Source: Microbotryum violaceum
Taxonomy: Eukaryota
Direction of reading: 5' to 3'
Length of the DNA stretch: 64,000 nt
Assembly (NCBI GenBank): GCA_001244265.2
Contig: CDLV01000004.1
Coordinates: 372,001 to 436,000 of the forward strand
Shown here: in pieces, positions 43,801 to 56,044 of the stretch
Layout of the letters: each line of letters begins with the position of its first letter
How positions within the stretch are numbered: the stretch's first letter is position 1
Translations under genes and position numbers: made by a program
Notes under the pieces: model-generated
Databases searched by the model: none
Told to the model about the DNA's origin: nothing
Seen by the model: the letters and a program-made list of their open reading frames with translations, nothing else

Positions 43801-46800
43801 TGTATGATGACGCGTTCCTTGATCCGGTTTGAGCAACAGCGCCACCCTGATCGCGCAGAAGGACGGCAACATTACGTTGCAGCACACCCTCGCTTGCCGC
43901 ACCATCTGCGGAGATGGATACCAGAAGGTGTGCGACGCAACGTTTTATTAATTCTTGTATCACTGAATGTAACTGTTCGGTCGCGTCCTCCGCGTTCGTA
44001 GTTTCGCCGATCACAAAAGCGGCAAACACCTGTGCTGGGGAGCCAACATCGTTCGGTGCTATCATGTAAGCTCGGATCTGAATGAAGAGGCGACACAAGT
44101 TAAAGCCTCATGGAAATGAAGTACAAACTTAAAAGAATCATTGCCACTCACTTTGGTTCCAGCAACCGGGGGTCAGGTCCGCCGAACATATCAGGGAGTT
44201 CACCCGGAGTTTCGTAGATGCGTGGCGGACCAATTGATCCGATCAGCTCGTGGCGGAATATGCCCTTCGTACGTAGTTCGCGCTCTAAACTGAGGTCGTC
44301 TGAGTAGTATGGAGTGGTTCGCATCCTGGATCGACACTTCGTGTCGTCTACGTGCAAATTGAACGTTAGGCCGTCTGCTTCAAGTTTCGCGCAAACACGA
44401 TCCATGTTGGACTTGTCGAGGCCGAGGCGCATCCTGCCTGATGTCGCTCGGTCCATTCCGCAAGCACCTCGATCATTCAGTATGAGGTTGAATTGAAGGA
44501 ACGAAAGAATGACGGTACTCACTGCAGTTTTCGGCTTGTGGATGCGCCGATTGTAGCCTGCAGCACTCTCAGAGCCATCGGAGACGCCAGCGCCATGGCT
44601 TGCTCGAAGTCACGCAGCGCTTCGGACCGCACAAAGCCTCGCATTGATTTGCCCTTGACCATCCGATCGTGCTTGACCGTAGCCGCTTTCACCAATCCCT
44701 CCAAGATGTTCGCTCCGTCAAATTCTCCTGAGGCCACACCTTGCGCGAATCGTAGATACACGGTCCCTTGACCGTTGTCATCCAGGATCTCTTCTAGTCC
44801 ATGATGTCGCCGGTAGATGGCCGAGAGAAGTGTATCGCCCGCGACATATTTCTTGTTGGTGTATTTGCGAGTTGCGCCAGCAGCATATTGACGTCGAAGA
44901 GCTGCTCGACAGGATGAATCCTTAGGAAGCCTCGCGCATTCTTCACACGGTAAGCTTGGTCCGTCCTTGTTGATCGAATCTCGAGCGCTATACTTGCGAC
45001 GATTCACACTGATGATGCGCGGTGTTCGATGATCGTTGCGCCACTTCCATTCATTCGCTTCCAATTTGTCCACCTCCTTCCTCTCGAGCTCCGTCATTGG
45101 TCGTTTACCAATTTTGGGATAGAGGCGCAAACGAAGCGTCCGTCGAGGAGGGGCCCCGCCACCTTGCGCCGCAGTTGATGAAAGATATTGCATCGCCGTT
45201 TCAGACGTAAGGCCGGGGCACGGTCCTAGCGAGGGGCTGGTAGCAGTTGAGCCAGAGGCGATAGGTCTGAAGAAATTGCTGATGGGTTGGAGGTTGACAC
45301 ACTTCTTATTGCCGAGATGTAATTGAAATCGTGCCTTGCACAGCAAGGCCGCCATTGGAACCAAGACATAACAACGTCCACACCGCACGTACTTTGGATT
45401 GTTGACGTCGACATTCGATCCCGGGCAAAGATCTTTGACTTTTTCAGCAAACCTCCTGAAAAGAGGCGGATGGTCGCGAGCCCACGTCGTATGCTCCTCG
45501 GGGGTGAGCTCTCGAGCTTTCGTCGGCTTCGATACCTTGGTGAAGGTCGTTTGAAGTCGAGAAGTTGGCGGGTTTTTTGAGGATGATGCGACTCGTTGAT
45601 TTGTTGGCTTGATTGTCGCTGCCTTGCCGGACTCTGCCGACGTGCTCTTGCTGCTCAGTGTTCCGGCAGCGGATCCCCTCCCATACTTTGCCTTTGATTT
45701 TGCGCCCGTGGCAACGATGGATTCGATCTCTTTGGGATCCTCGACAGCACCAACCAGAGAGGATAAACGACAGAATTGACGGAGCCGTGACATGTGAGCG
45801 CTCGCTGCGTTGAATGACCCAATCCCGAGCACCTCCGTTCCACTGCATTGATCGTAGCCGGCCCGCACGAGTAGCTGTCTTCCTGTTGTTCCGCCTTAGG
45901 AGTATGAGGGAACTCGTTTTTGATGTCCAGCTTCAGAAATTTGAATAGCGTAAGGACGGCCGTCCGAGTAGCCGCGGTGATCGGAGTGGCGGAGAGTGAG
46001 TTGATCACAGACCATGTCCGCTTGTGCATGTTGATGCGGGCCAGGACCCAATGGCTGTCGGAGCAGAGGGGTAGAAACCAGATTGACTTTGACGTCGGCG
46101 TGTTGCGCATGCAATCGCCTAGCTCGATGAGATTCCGATACTGGTTTGGCGGGCCGAAAAAGCAGGCTTTGAAGACCGAATGAGGATCCGAGTCGGGAGG
46201 GCGAGCCATTACCAAGGAGATGACGGCGGAGGGTATAAGTCCATACGATGTTTCGAAATCGGGATTCTGCACTCGTCCAGCTCGAAGGACGCTTTCAATT
46301 GACAAGTTCACCGCGGCTTCACCGAGCCAATCATGACCTGGGTAGAGACGCGAATAAGCAAGTTGCCTCAGATACGAGATGAATACGAGTGGTCAGCTGA
46401 AGGATTGGTGTACTGACTTAAGAATCTCAGGAGATAAACCAAACTCGTTCCACTTGCAAGAAGAGGCAATGGTAGAAGCCCGTCTTGCTCTTGCCATTGC
46501 AATCCGTTCAGTATGCGACGTGCGACAGCGATACGGTTGCGGTCAATTTCGTTGATAACGATAATTTTGTCCATCCATCGTTGAGCTCGCAGCGCCCAGC
46601 TTTGAACGTCTTTTGCTCGCTCGTACTCTGACCATAGCCGATCGGCGCCGAGCGGCAAACACGTCGACCCGACGGCCAAGGATCGATATCCTTTCTTGCG
46701 TGCATTAATCAGAGCATCGGTAGCGAGAAACGCGTCTCTGGTGTGAAGAGTCGGGTAGGGTAAGTTCGAATACTGGGTGGACTCGTCTTTGGACAACTCG

Positions 46801-47359
46801 ATGTGAAGAGACGCGTCGCCGGGAGCGACATCGAAGGCGAGGAGCTCGGCAACCGTCATGTTGGTGAGCGGCGATAATCGATCAAAGTCATCGTCGTGCA
46901 AATAGTAGTCCTGATTTTCGTCAAGAAACAAGCACGGAATCATTTCGTCGTGCTATGCTCCAGTGTCAGAACGAAGTGAAGCGGAACGGAACCTCAGGGG
47001 CCCCGTCATTTTTATCTTACTCGATAGGGGTATCTAATCCCTAATATTCTCTAACAGCCACTGAACTAAAGTGATTAGCGAAAATGGCTAGTGACTTGTT
47101 CAAGCGCGAGCATCGCGAAGCGCGTTTCGAAGCGAAGGCAAACGGGCCCAAAGCGATGCCGTAGGCTGCTCAGGGTAGGCCAAAATTGGGCCGACTCACG
47201 GGAAAATGTCAAAATCTGGACATGCGCCTCGGGGGCGAAACGTGTGTTTCGTCCCAGAATGTCAATTTTTTGCAATGCGCCTCGACGATTTCCAGGATTT
47301 TGGGTCCCCAAAATGTCAAAAAAAAACATGCGCCTCCGGCTGGGCTTTCGGGGGTCCTG
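40815..47359 (-). mobile_element. 6.5-kb TIR transposon encoding a Ulp1-like protease and a P-element-like transposase
   Basis: TIR CAGGACCCCCGAAAGCCCAGCC(A/G)GAGGCGCATG; direct repeat flanks GCCTAG (6 bp) or GGCCTAGC (8 bp if the ends are AGG/CCT); subterminal GAGGCGCAT and TTTTGACATTTT repeats. Confidence 0.9.
41065..46943 (-). CDS. multi-exon gene: Ulp1/C48 peptidase-like domain followed by a P/THAP9-like DDE transposase core (some stops or frameshifts)
   Basis: FLPLCSDSHWVLARIN...INSL...QQEDSYSCG (45655-46311); VSISADGA, DEKHLAQCLRN, DRQDDNATHRAFS and TEMVEHFFG (43136-44098). Confidence 0.7.
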
Positions 47360-47507
47360 GCCTAGCGCAACACGCGAGGGACCTTCCACTTGACATGCCG
47401 CCTCACCTCGTTGCTTTCGCTACAGCTCCTTGTAGCGTCGCCATCGACTGTACAGGCCCCACGGCTCGCATTAGTCCTCTTGCTCATGCACTTGACTCGG
47501 CATCGCC

Positions 47508-50500
47508 ATGCCGCCGAAGAGAAGATACAAGTCCAAACCGTCGGTCTACAAATTGCAGGTCACCTTCTGTGCTTCCGAGTCGCGGTGTGCTACGGACGTC
47601 GAACGCTTGGCCCAACTAGGGTTCATCTCTTCGACTGCTTCAATGCCGATGACCGCCTTCTCATTTCGACTGGTCGAGCAGGCCCAAGCAAGCTGGAAGG
47701 TCAGCCCCCGCGCTATCACCGGCTATGCGGACGGCCTCAAAGAGTATTACTCCCGTTGTGGGTGGGGTCGGGGTCACTATACGGGACATCCTTGGGTGAG
47801 TTTGGACGCCGCCATCGCCTCATGGGCACTTGCTTAAAGCCTGCCTTCTGCGCATACAGGACAAAGACCTTCGGAAGCAACGCGATCGACGAGTACCGCG
47901 CTCTCGAAACATGCGAGGAGGACAGCGGGGACCTTCTCGCAGGCACCGTCGATTCGTTCCAACAAGTGTCCCGCGTGCTTCGGGCCAACGTGACTTAATC
48001 AACCTTGTCACGACGTCACATTGGATTGCGTGCTTGCATACGACGGTAACTTTCAGCAAACGCGTGAGAAAAACTCGAAGCATGACGTCCAAGGAATCGT
48101 TCCGGACATTTTCTTGGCTGAGGAAGAGGTTCAGGCGATGGAGGCCGAGGTTAAAGCTTCGGTGCGACCGACCAAAAAAGTGAGTAATGCCGCTCTTTGC
48201 ATTTGCCTTAATGGGATCGCTTGCCTCTACACCCACCCACCGTCATAGGCGTGCACAGAGTCGTGGAAGGCTGCCGACGACGGAGCTGGCTCAACCTCGT
48301 CATGAGTAGTCGACACCGGACTCGTTGCCTGCGTATGCCGTCATGACGTGAACCTGAAAATGGTCAATCTTGAGAGGTCTGGTGAAAAGTAAGCGCGGAG
48401 CTGTCTGGCGAGACTTAGTCGCTTCCGCTTTCCTCTCGAATCCCAGTACTAATGCGCAGATTCCCCTCCGACCACTCAGATTGTACTATGCGCTTGCCAT
48501 CCTCAAGCACATTTCAGAGCGCCTTCCTGAACACGCCAAGATCGGAGTCTTATACGACATTGCTTGTAACTTCAAGCACCACATTGAAAAGGTTCGCATC
48601 GATTACGACGGGTCCCTTCCTCCTCAATTTCGTTGGCACTGACCAAATGCGCCTACTTTATCATTTGTCACCAGAGGCAGCTCCTGCCAAAGCTTTTCAA
48701 GCGACTGGAGTTCGCCACGAGCGTCTTCCATGCATACGCCCATATCTGGTCCTGCCAAGTCGAGTTCAACCCGCGCCTCATTCCGAACTTCGGGCTGACT
48801 GATGGAGAGGGCTGTGAGCGATTGTGGAGCGGGCTACGGTCGCTCATTCCCATCAACCGCCCCTCGAACAAGTCCCATCGCTTCGTCAACCTGGCGGTCC
48901 GTATCCAAGCACTGAATGACGCGACCGTCAACAAGCTGGGTAAGCCGCACCTAGATCGCAATTATCTCAATCACAATGCTGACACTCGATATGTTTTATT
49001 TAGGGGCCTGGTTCTATCGTCGCTACCATGAGGCAAACGACAAGGGTGTCGCTGCTGAGGAAGAGCTTAATAGCATCATTGCCTACGATTCGAGGTTGAA
49101 CGAAGATGCGCTCCGCCGCGAGTGGGAAGAACAGCGACTGGCGCAAGTGCCAAAGACAGCTGCGCAGCAATCGGAGGCGGATCGCCTGAGGGAGAGCGAC
49201 CTCTATGGACTTATGGAGAGCCTCTACAAGATTGAGTCGCGAATATACGTAGATCATCTGGCCAGGCCGTCGCTCACTGTCTATGATTCTGACTTGCTGG
49301 GCTTTTGCAAAGGGATACCGAAGAGCCCGATTCAGACGTCTTGGAATCGCTAAGCGCCAAACGCCGCAGCCTCGGGATGGACATCGATCGAGCGGCAATG
49401 GCACAGGCTCGTTATGTCACGGGCCTCTCGTCCAGAGGTCAGTTAATGTGTGTTGCTCACATGATTGCTGTAGCTTGCACTGATAGCTTAGGTGCTGTGC
49501 AGAACTTCGACATCTGTTCCAGTGCTCTGTGGCGTTGCGCAAAATTCATCTCGAGGTGATTGCCTACAAAACCAGTCGGGAGAAGCTACTTTCGACGGGT
49601 CGTGGCAAGGGAGGTGCAAAGCTAGGTCAACGAGCGGTCAGCAAAGCTCGTGCTACAGACGGCAAGATTTATTCTGGCGCGGAAAAGGCTCGCAAGACGT
49701 ACAACAAGGCCGTTGAGGCCTTCCGTCTCGCGATGGGATCAACACCTTCGAGCCTACTCAACAATCTCCGGATTTCCGACAGCTTCTGCGATCGACCTCG
49801 ATGAGACGGACCCGTTCTGGCAGGACGGCTTTTTCACGCGTGTTGAAGCTGCTTGGGCTGTCAATCCTTGGGTCAAGCGAGGAGCAACAGCTGTGCGCGC
49901 CAAGGATCGAGTCGGTGAGGAGAAAGCGCGGATCGGCGCCGAGGTGCGGCAAGCTTTGGCTTGGCTCGAAGATGAAAAAGCTCGTCTCACTAGTTGCCAG
50001 ACACTTTGGACTAACGTGTCGGGTAAGTTTTCGACACGGCGTGCTCCATATCACCTCTTAGGTCGCCCTAACATCTTTCAAACCATCTCAACAGATACCC
50101 TTCCTGAATCCATCGACCCAGCTGATGCCAAGTCCATATTCGGCACTGAAGATGTTGAAGAGATCCGAGGCCGCGCGCTCATCATACTAGATCGCCGGAT
50201 GGAGCTTCTGCAGTTGCGCGAATGTTCTTGGTCCCAGAACAACTATTTCTTCGATGTTTGGCTCGAGACTCGCGGGCAGTCAGAGGGCCATTCCGAGCCC
50301 ATGCCTCCTGCATTGTCAGAACTTCGTGGTTTACATCAACGATTGAACGCAACGGGAAGAGCTGTCAAGAAGGCAAAACATCACGAGCGACCTGCACATA
50401 ATCGATCCGGAACACGCGGTACTATGGAGAGATCTGGCCTCGACGACTCGGCGGGGCCTCCACCGCCGGCCCGTGACGTTCAGCAAGTGCGGGCCATTGA

Positions 50501-50660
50501 GGCACAGATGGATATGAGCGACGGGGCTGAACTCGCAAAGGAGGTGGGGCCTCTCTCCGCACAACTCCTCGAGCAGGACGGTGAGATGGGCAGCTCTTCA
50601 GATGAAAGCTACGGCGATGACTTCGCTGGTCAGGAAGACGAATACTTCTCGGACGTTTAG
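47508..50660 (+). pseudogene. CxC1 + KDZ transposase, family 2 (multi-exon; apparent in-frame stop near 48303)
   Basis: VERLAQLGFISSTASMPMTAFSFRL, LAYDGNFQQTR, DTGLVACVCRHD, GVLYDIACNF, FATSVFHAYAHIWSCQVEFNPRLIPNFGLTDGEGCERLWS. Confidence 0.9.
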
Positions 50661-50834
50661 ACTAGCTTCTGATGTAAATTGAATTAGTGGAGCAACTTAA
50701 TGTTGAAACAATGGAAATGGTGTTTGCAAACTATAGTCGTCTCAATTGCGGTGGGTGAGAGTAATAACACCGTCTTCTAGAAAGAAATATTGTCAGACCT
50801 AATCTCTGGGCTGCGCCTGCCTTATTAGACTCCT

Positions 50835-51170
50835 GCCGGGTGACTTGCCGGGTGACCTGCCGGGTGACTTTTCAATCAAAGCGCATGCAATTGCTCGAGT
50901 ACCTAGAATGTCTACCACGTGAAAATGGGTGAGTGGGTTCGATCACTATAGAGAATGTATCTCTTACCCTCGGACAGGGTTGAATAGCAAAGTTGGCATG
51001 TGCGTGCAAGCCCTTCTTCCGAACAAGATGGCTCGGCGGTTTCCCTTACCAGTGCCGGGTGACTGTCCAATCAAAGCGCATGCAACTGCTCGAGTACCTA
51101 GAAGGTCTACCCCGTGAAGATGGGTGAGTGGGTTCGATCACTACAGAGAATGTATCTTCTTCCGAACAAG
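50835..51170. repeat. 12-bp TGCCGGGTGACY x3 followed by a ~195-bp-period direct repeat
   Basis: AATCAAAGCGCATGCAA...GGGTGAGTGGGTTCGATCACTA at ~50874 and ~51069. Confidence 0.8.
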
Positions 51171-52665
51171 ACGGCTGGGCGGTTCACTCTCTCTGAGAAT
51201 TCCCGCTCGAAGGACTCGACTTTCTGCCATGGCGCGGCCAAAGAACCTTTGCACTAATCCCCATCCCTGCTACCGAGACTTGCGCGTGTTTTAAGAAAAG
51301 CTTGGTGTCAACAAGTCTATGCTTGACGGGAAATCGGAGATCGTTTTTCCTCACCTCCTAGACTGCGCACACCGGTGACGAACAAGACCTTTCATGGCGT
51401 CAAATCAATTAGATCCGCGCGTACAGCAAACAGAGATGATGATGCAACTATAACCCTTAGCTAGGAGCTTCAGGAGACCCATCCGGGAAGTCAGGTCAAC
51501 CATTAGTGGACCGCTCGATGCTGCGACACTCTTCGGACGGCTCTCATGGCCGACAATACATCAGAGCCCGAGTAATATCATAGAGTCATAATCTGAGAAC
51601 ATGCCTAACTCGAAGATCGCGATGAGCGCTGAATGGCCTCATACCGCCGAGTCTTTGTACATTCGGATTCACCAGAAATGCCACTGACAATTCATCTTAG
51701 TGCGGCGAACTTAATGCAAGAATTCTCTCTGCTTTGAGCACTCACCATGTGGTCTGAGGATTGGCGGCATATCTCATTGACGAGAAGGGATGTTTCTCAA
51801 GTAAGAGGTAGGTATGAGCGGCCCATCGAGAACTTTCCAGTTTCAGACGCTTTCAAGTCAGCCGCCAGGTACGGCTGCCGATTTGCCACTGCATCGATTA
51901 CTGTGTCTCGGAGTCAATTGGGCTTTTTGGTTCAAAAGCCTGTTACAAGCTTAAGCCTGCCATGTTCTCACCGAATATATTATCGAGTACGACCCGCCTC
52001 TCATCAAGCACGTACTTCGTCGCTACTTCGCTACTTACGACTGATTTCCTACGTGTTCCGCTCCGCTTCATTTGCGCGTTCAGGCTCAGCTTCTAGGAGC
52101 GCGCGCCGCTTGAAGTCAATCGGCCGGCGTGGCCCAGCAGTTCTGATTGGCACTTTGGCGAAGACCGAGCCCGGCCAGATGCAACCCTTGCCCGTTCACT
52201 TTAGTGTTGATAGATGATAAGAAGATGCTAACATACACTGCAATTTGTGGAATCGCGTTGCGACTTCTGTTCATTCATTCTTTGCTCAAAGAATCACTTC
52301 CGGAAAGCAGACGCTCCGTCTGGACCACGGATCAGGGAGCACTCCATTCTCACAGGGCAATTCGACTCTACATAACACTTCGGAAACAAAACAGAACAAG
52401 AAGGATGATGTTTGTGAGCAGGATTACGTCACTGGCACATCCCACGTCAACAAGGAGAGGTCGGTCTCGAGCGGCCCTGGGGAAGATTAGGCACGAAGGG
52501 CCAACGAACAATAATTCTCTCCGCCTTTAGGCACCAAGAGCCGGATGCATATGAAGGAAACTATGACATAGCGACTGTGGTGGCCTGTGTTGTCCAACGA
52601 ATTCTGGCCCTTCAGCATGCGCGTCGACGAGTCCGGCTGGCCCTGAGCGCTCGGCCATCGTCACC

Positions 52666-54316
52666 TCACTCGCTGTCCTCGTCGGAGCTCGTGTTCCGAG
52701 TTCGTCGGTCAGCATCGCTGTCGCCACCTTCACCGCCGTCGGCCATTGCCTGGTCGGCACTTGACCCGATTACCTCTTCCTCCAGCACGAAGCTCAGCTC
52801 GCCTGCACGCAGCAATGGGATGATCCGATCCAGGTCGGGTCCCAACAACTTGAGCTTGCCACTCGGGCTTCGAAAATCCGCTTTGCGAAGGAGCGCGCCG
52901 CGCTGAACAATGATTCTGGCGTTGTCCCGGAGGGCCTTTACGTTATAAACGAACTTGGGCGATTGGATTTTCTCGCCGTCTAGTACGGAGCGTCGGCGCA
53001 GCGCGGACTCTGAAGACAGTGAGCCGGGTCAAGATTAGGCACCGTGTATGGAAGAGTAGGCAGGCTGCACTCATTGTACTCACGGAACAATTCCTTGAGG
53101 ATGAGGCTGTACCATTGGCGTTTGGTCTCAACGTTCTTGTCGGCCACGGGTGCGTTCCAAGCTGTGAGCAGACATTCGCTGATACATCAATTGACCTCTA
53201 CTAGCTATTGCCCTTTCCTGAGATCCGGTAAAATCTCGCCACTCACCGGCGCTGACAATGCTGGCCCGCTTGTCTGCTATAATCGCTGTGCCTGCGACGC
53301 AATGCGCAAAGTCGCGGACCAGCGGTCCCTGCCCCTTGTCGGCCCAACCCTGTCGAAGCGCAAACGCCGCCCCGCCCACGGAAGCGACCACAAAGTGCTC
53401 CTTGTTGGTCTCGGGTAAATTCGAGGAGGCGATAGCAAACATCTCGATGCCGTAGTTGTCCGAAAAGATATTGGCCTTCCGAAAAGGGAACGGTGAAGAA
53501 TCGATAAGCAAAAGGGCCTCCGATCTGAAGCTTGGACTCAGAAGGACTCTCACCAAGGATGTCAAGGATGCTTGCAGTCCCTGCCTCGCCTTTTTGATCA
53601 TGGCCAGGTTCGTTCTGCTTCGAGGCTGCGGAGCCGATGCAAGGTGGGCCGCTCGAAGCGGTGGATCCGATGAAAGGTGCGCGGCCGCATCGTCCTCGGC
53701 CTGCTCCAATGCAAGAGCCGCGAGACACTCCACCTTCTCAGCCTCACTGCTGCAGATTCTGTTCCAATACACGCGCGCTAGGTCCTTCCTTTGCATCAAT
53801 TTGGTTGGAACTGAATGTACTTATAGAATGCATTGCTCAGCGTTGAGTTGGTCAGGATAGACGAGAAGGCCGAAGTTGAAGCGCTGGCTTACCGGTATGC
53901 CCGTCGTTGATCAGAAGCGCTGCAAAGAATCGACTTTTCTGAAAGTCGTTCCATGGGTTGCTCGCCGACAGCCGGCTAACGGGCGAAGTGACCTGTCTCA
54001 AGTCGTCCGGCCGAATTTTATTCTCGATGCAGTATTCGAATTCTTCGTACAACCTCTGCACAGCTCACGCCTTATGTTGTTCTCGTTCCGTCTTGTTGGG
54101 GTTGCGCGTATCAGCGGAGTACGCCTGCTCGTATAGCTCCTCCGGCAACAGCCTCTTCGCCGGCGTCCAACTTGCTGTCCTCCGCTCGGTCGTCGAAGCC
54201 AGGAGCTTTTTCAGTGCAGCATTGGATGGTATTCCGGTCGGAGCGAACTGGTAAGGTGCTGTGGAAAGGAACGACTGATGGACCATCGAACCGCCGGCAC
54301 CGTCCTCTGCAGACAC
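52666..54316 (-). CDS. spliced KDZ cargo gene (possible HMG-like N-terminal helices), homologous to 1-1045; start uncertain
   Basis: ORF pieces 54065-54316, 53852-54061, 53128-53799 and 52666-52950; SNPWNDFQKS...DLARVYWNRI; homology blocks listed for 1-1045. Confidence 0.6.
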
Positions 54317-56044
54317 TGACTGCGGGGACGCTCGCGGGTGGTTCAGCGATGCGCGGCCTGCCTCCTCGTTTTGGGAAACTTGTGCGGCCCGCGACGTTTG
54401 GCGATCGTGAGCGGAAGGCTAAGTAGTATTTGGCAAACCTGCCGCGTCAAAGACAATACCCGTGCTGTCGGAACTGTTTCCTCCTTGTTCGACCATACTT
54501 GCGATGCTTGCGAGATTGTTGCTTGTTGGCGGAGCTAGATATGGGCCATCGATGCGTCCAGGATCGGGGAACGTGGGACGGTAAACTGGTTGATTGGACG
54601 AAGCAGATCCCGGAGACGATGGATAGTTGTACGACGCAGGGTTCGAGATGGCCGTTACGCCAGCGGAAGTGGACGCTGGATCGGGTGCACGACGGTGTAA
54701 CGTCAGACCAGACCGATGCTATACGCGATCGACGCGACGGCCACCCACGGACCCGAATAGTCGATATATGCGGACTGATAGGGAGTCCAAGGCAAGGTGC
54801 ACGACTCGTACCTAGAGGCAGCTTATGAACCTATGTGTCAGATGTGATCGTGAGCCGGTAGTCCAGGCAGAGCACCCGTGTCGATCGGCGGCAAACATAC
54901 TGCTGTTCATCGCCGGAGCGCCAAACGTTGGCTGCGATTTGGAAGGTGGTTGATGGGATTGACTCATCATGACAGGAGCAGCAAGACTATGACTGATCCG
55001 GTATTTCGAAGTGGGCGTTCGTTTCAGACTGTCGCAAAGTCACGGATGCTCGTTTCTAGTTCGTTACTTCGTATACGTAGTAGGGGGCGATTGAGCAAAG
55101 CAAAAGAATGGGCGGTATGCGCGAGCGCGACGCGTCGCGGCCCTCTCCAGCGTCTCCGGAGTCGTGACGCGTCGACGTCCCGGCCAGTCCCGGCCCCAAT
55201 TGTTCCGCGCGACCCGTGCCGAATCACGTGTTTGAGGTAGCGCTCTTGTTCAGCTTGCAGAGGACAATAGTAACTCTCAAAAAATATGCAAAAATCCGAA
55301 TGCACTATTACTCGCCGACTGTGCCTTTGTTTCCAGGTTTTCCACCGAGTTATAGTGGGAGTGAACGTCTCGGTAGCTCGACATCGAGGTGGGCATACCT
55401 CAACGGGGCCAAGTCGGCGCCCTGGGGTAGCAAGGGTACACCCGCTGGGCAGTGACTTGGAAGGCACGTGATGGGGCGCTGCGCGCGCGCCTGTTTAGGC
55501 GTATTTTTTATGTCTGCCCGAGGTGGTTCTAGCTGAGGGCCAGGGAAATACGACGCTGCATTACGCGTAATCAATGCCTTTTCTGCTGAATTGTCAATGG
55601 AAGGGGGCGTAAAGTCGGCATCGATATAGTGGCAGCTTGGTACTGAGGCGTCAATGACTTCGTAGTAGCAATTCTCGTTGTTGGCCGAGTCGCTTGCATA
55701 CAAGCTACAAGCGCTAGCGTTCATAGGTCGCGCTCGGTGCCGACTACGTATTGCTTCACGCCTGGGACAGGCAATGTGCCAGGTGGCCACTATATCTCGT
55801 CTCGTGCAAATACTCGATGATCTTGATCTTTGTGTCCCGCAGACAGAATCGCTGGTTGTAACTTGGTGTGAACCGAGTCGCTGAGGGCATCGGATCGGCT
55901 GTGACGCGACGGTGTCGGTGATGCTGTGAGAGGAGAGCGCGCGCGCTCGATGACGTGAGGTGACGCGAGGCGCGACGTGTACCCCCGGGGGTACACAGTG
56001 GGACACTTCTCTTTCTCACCCCTAACCCCCACTCCAAGTCCAAC

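Larger units (their letters stand above)
40453..55525 (+). mobile_element. KDZ DNA transposon family 2 with ~119-bp TIRs
   Basis: TIRs 40453-40571 and 55407-55525 (CACCTCGGGCAGACATAAAAAATACGCCTAAACAGGCGCGCGCGCAGCGCCCC); KDZ transposase inside; no TSD. Confidence 0.9.

Noticed and set aside
50661-52500. TET/JBP dioxygenase cargo, often linked to fungal KDZ elements
   Set aside because: I could not find a convincing HxD...H 2OG-Fe(II) pattern here or in family 1; a decayed or heavily spliced gene cannot be excluded without an HMM search.
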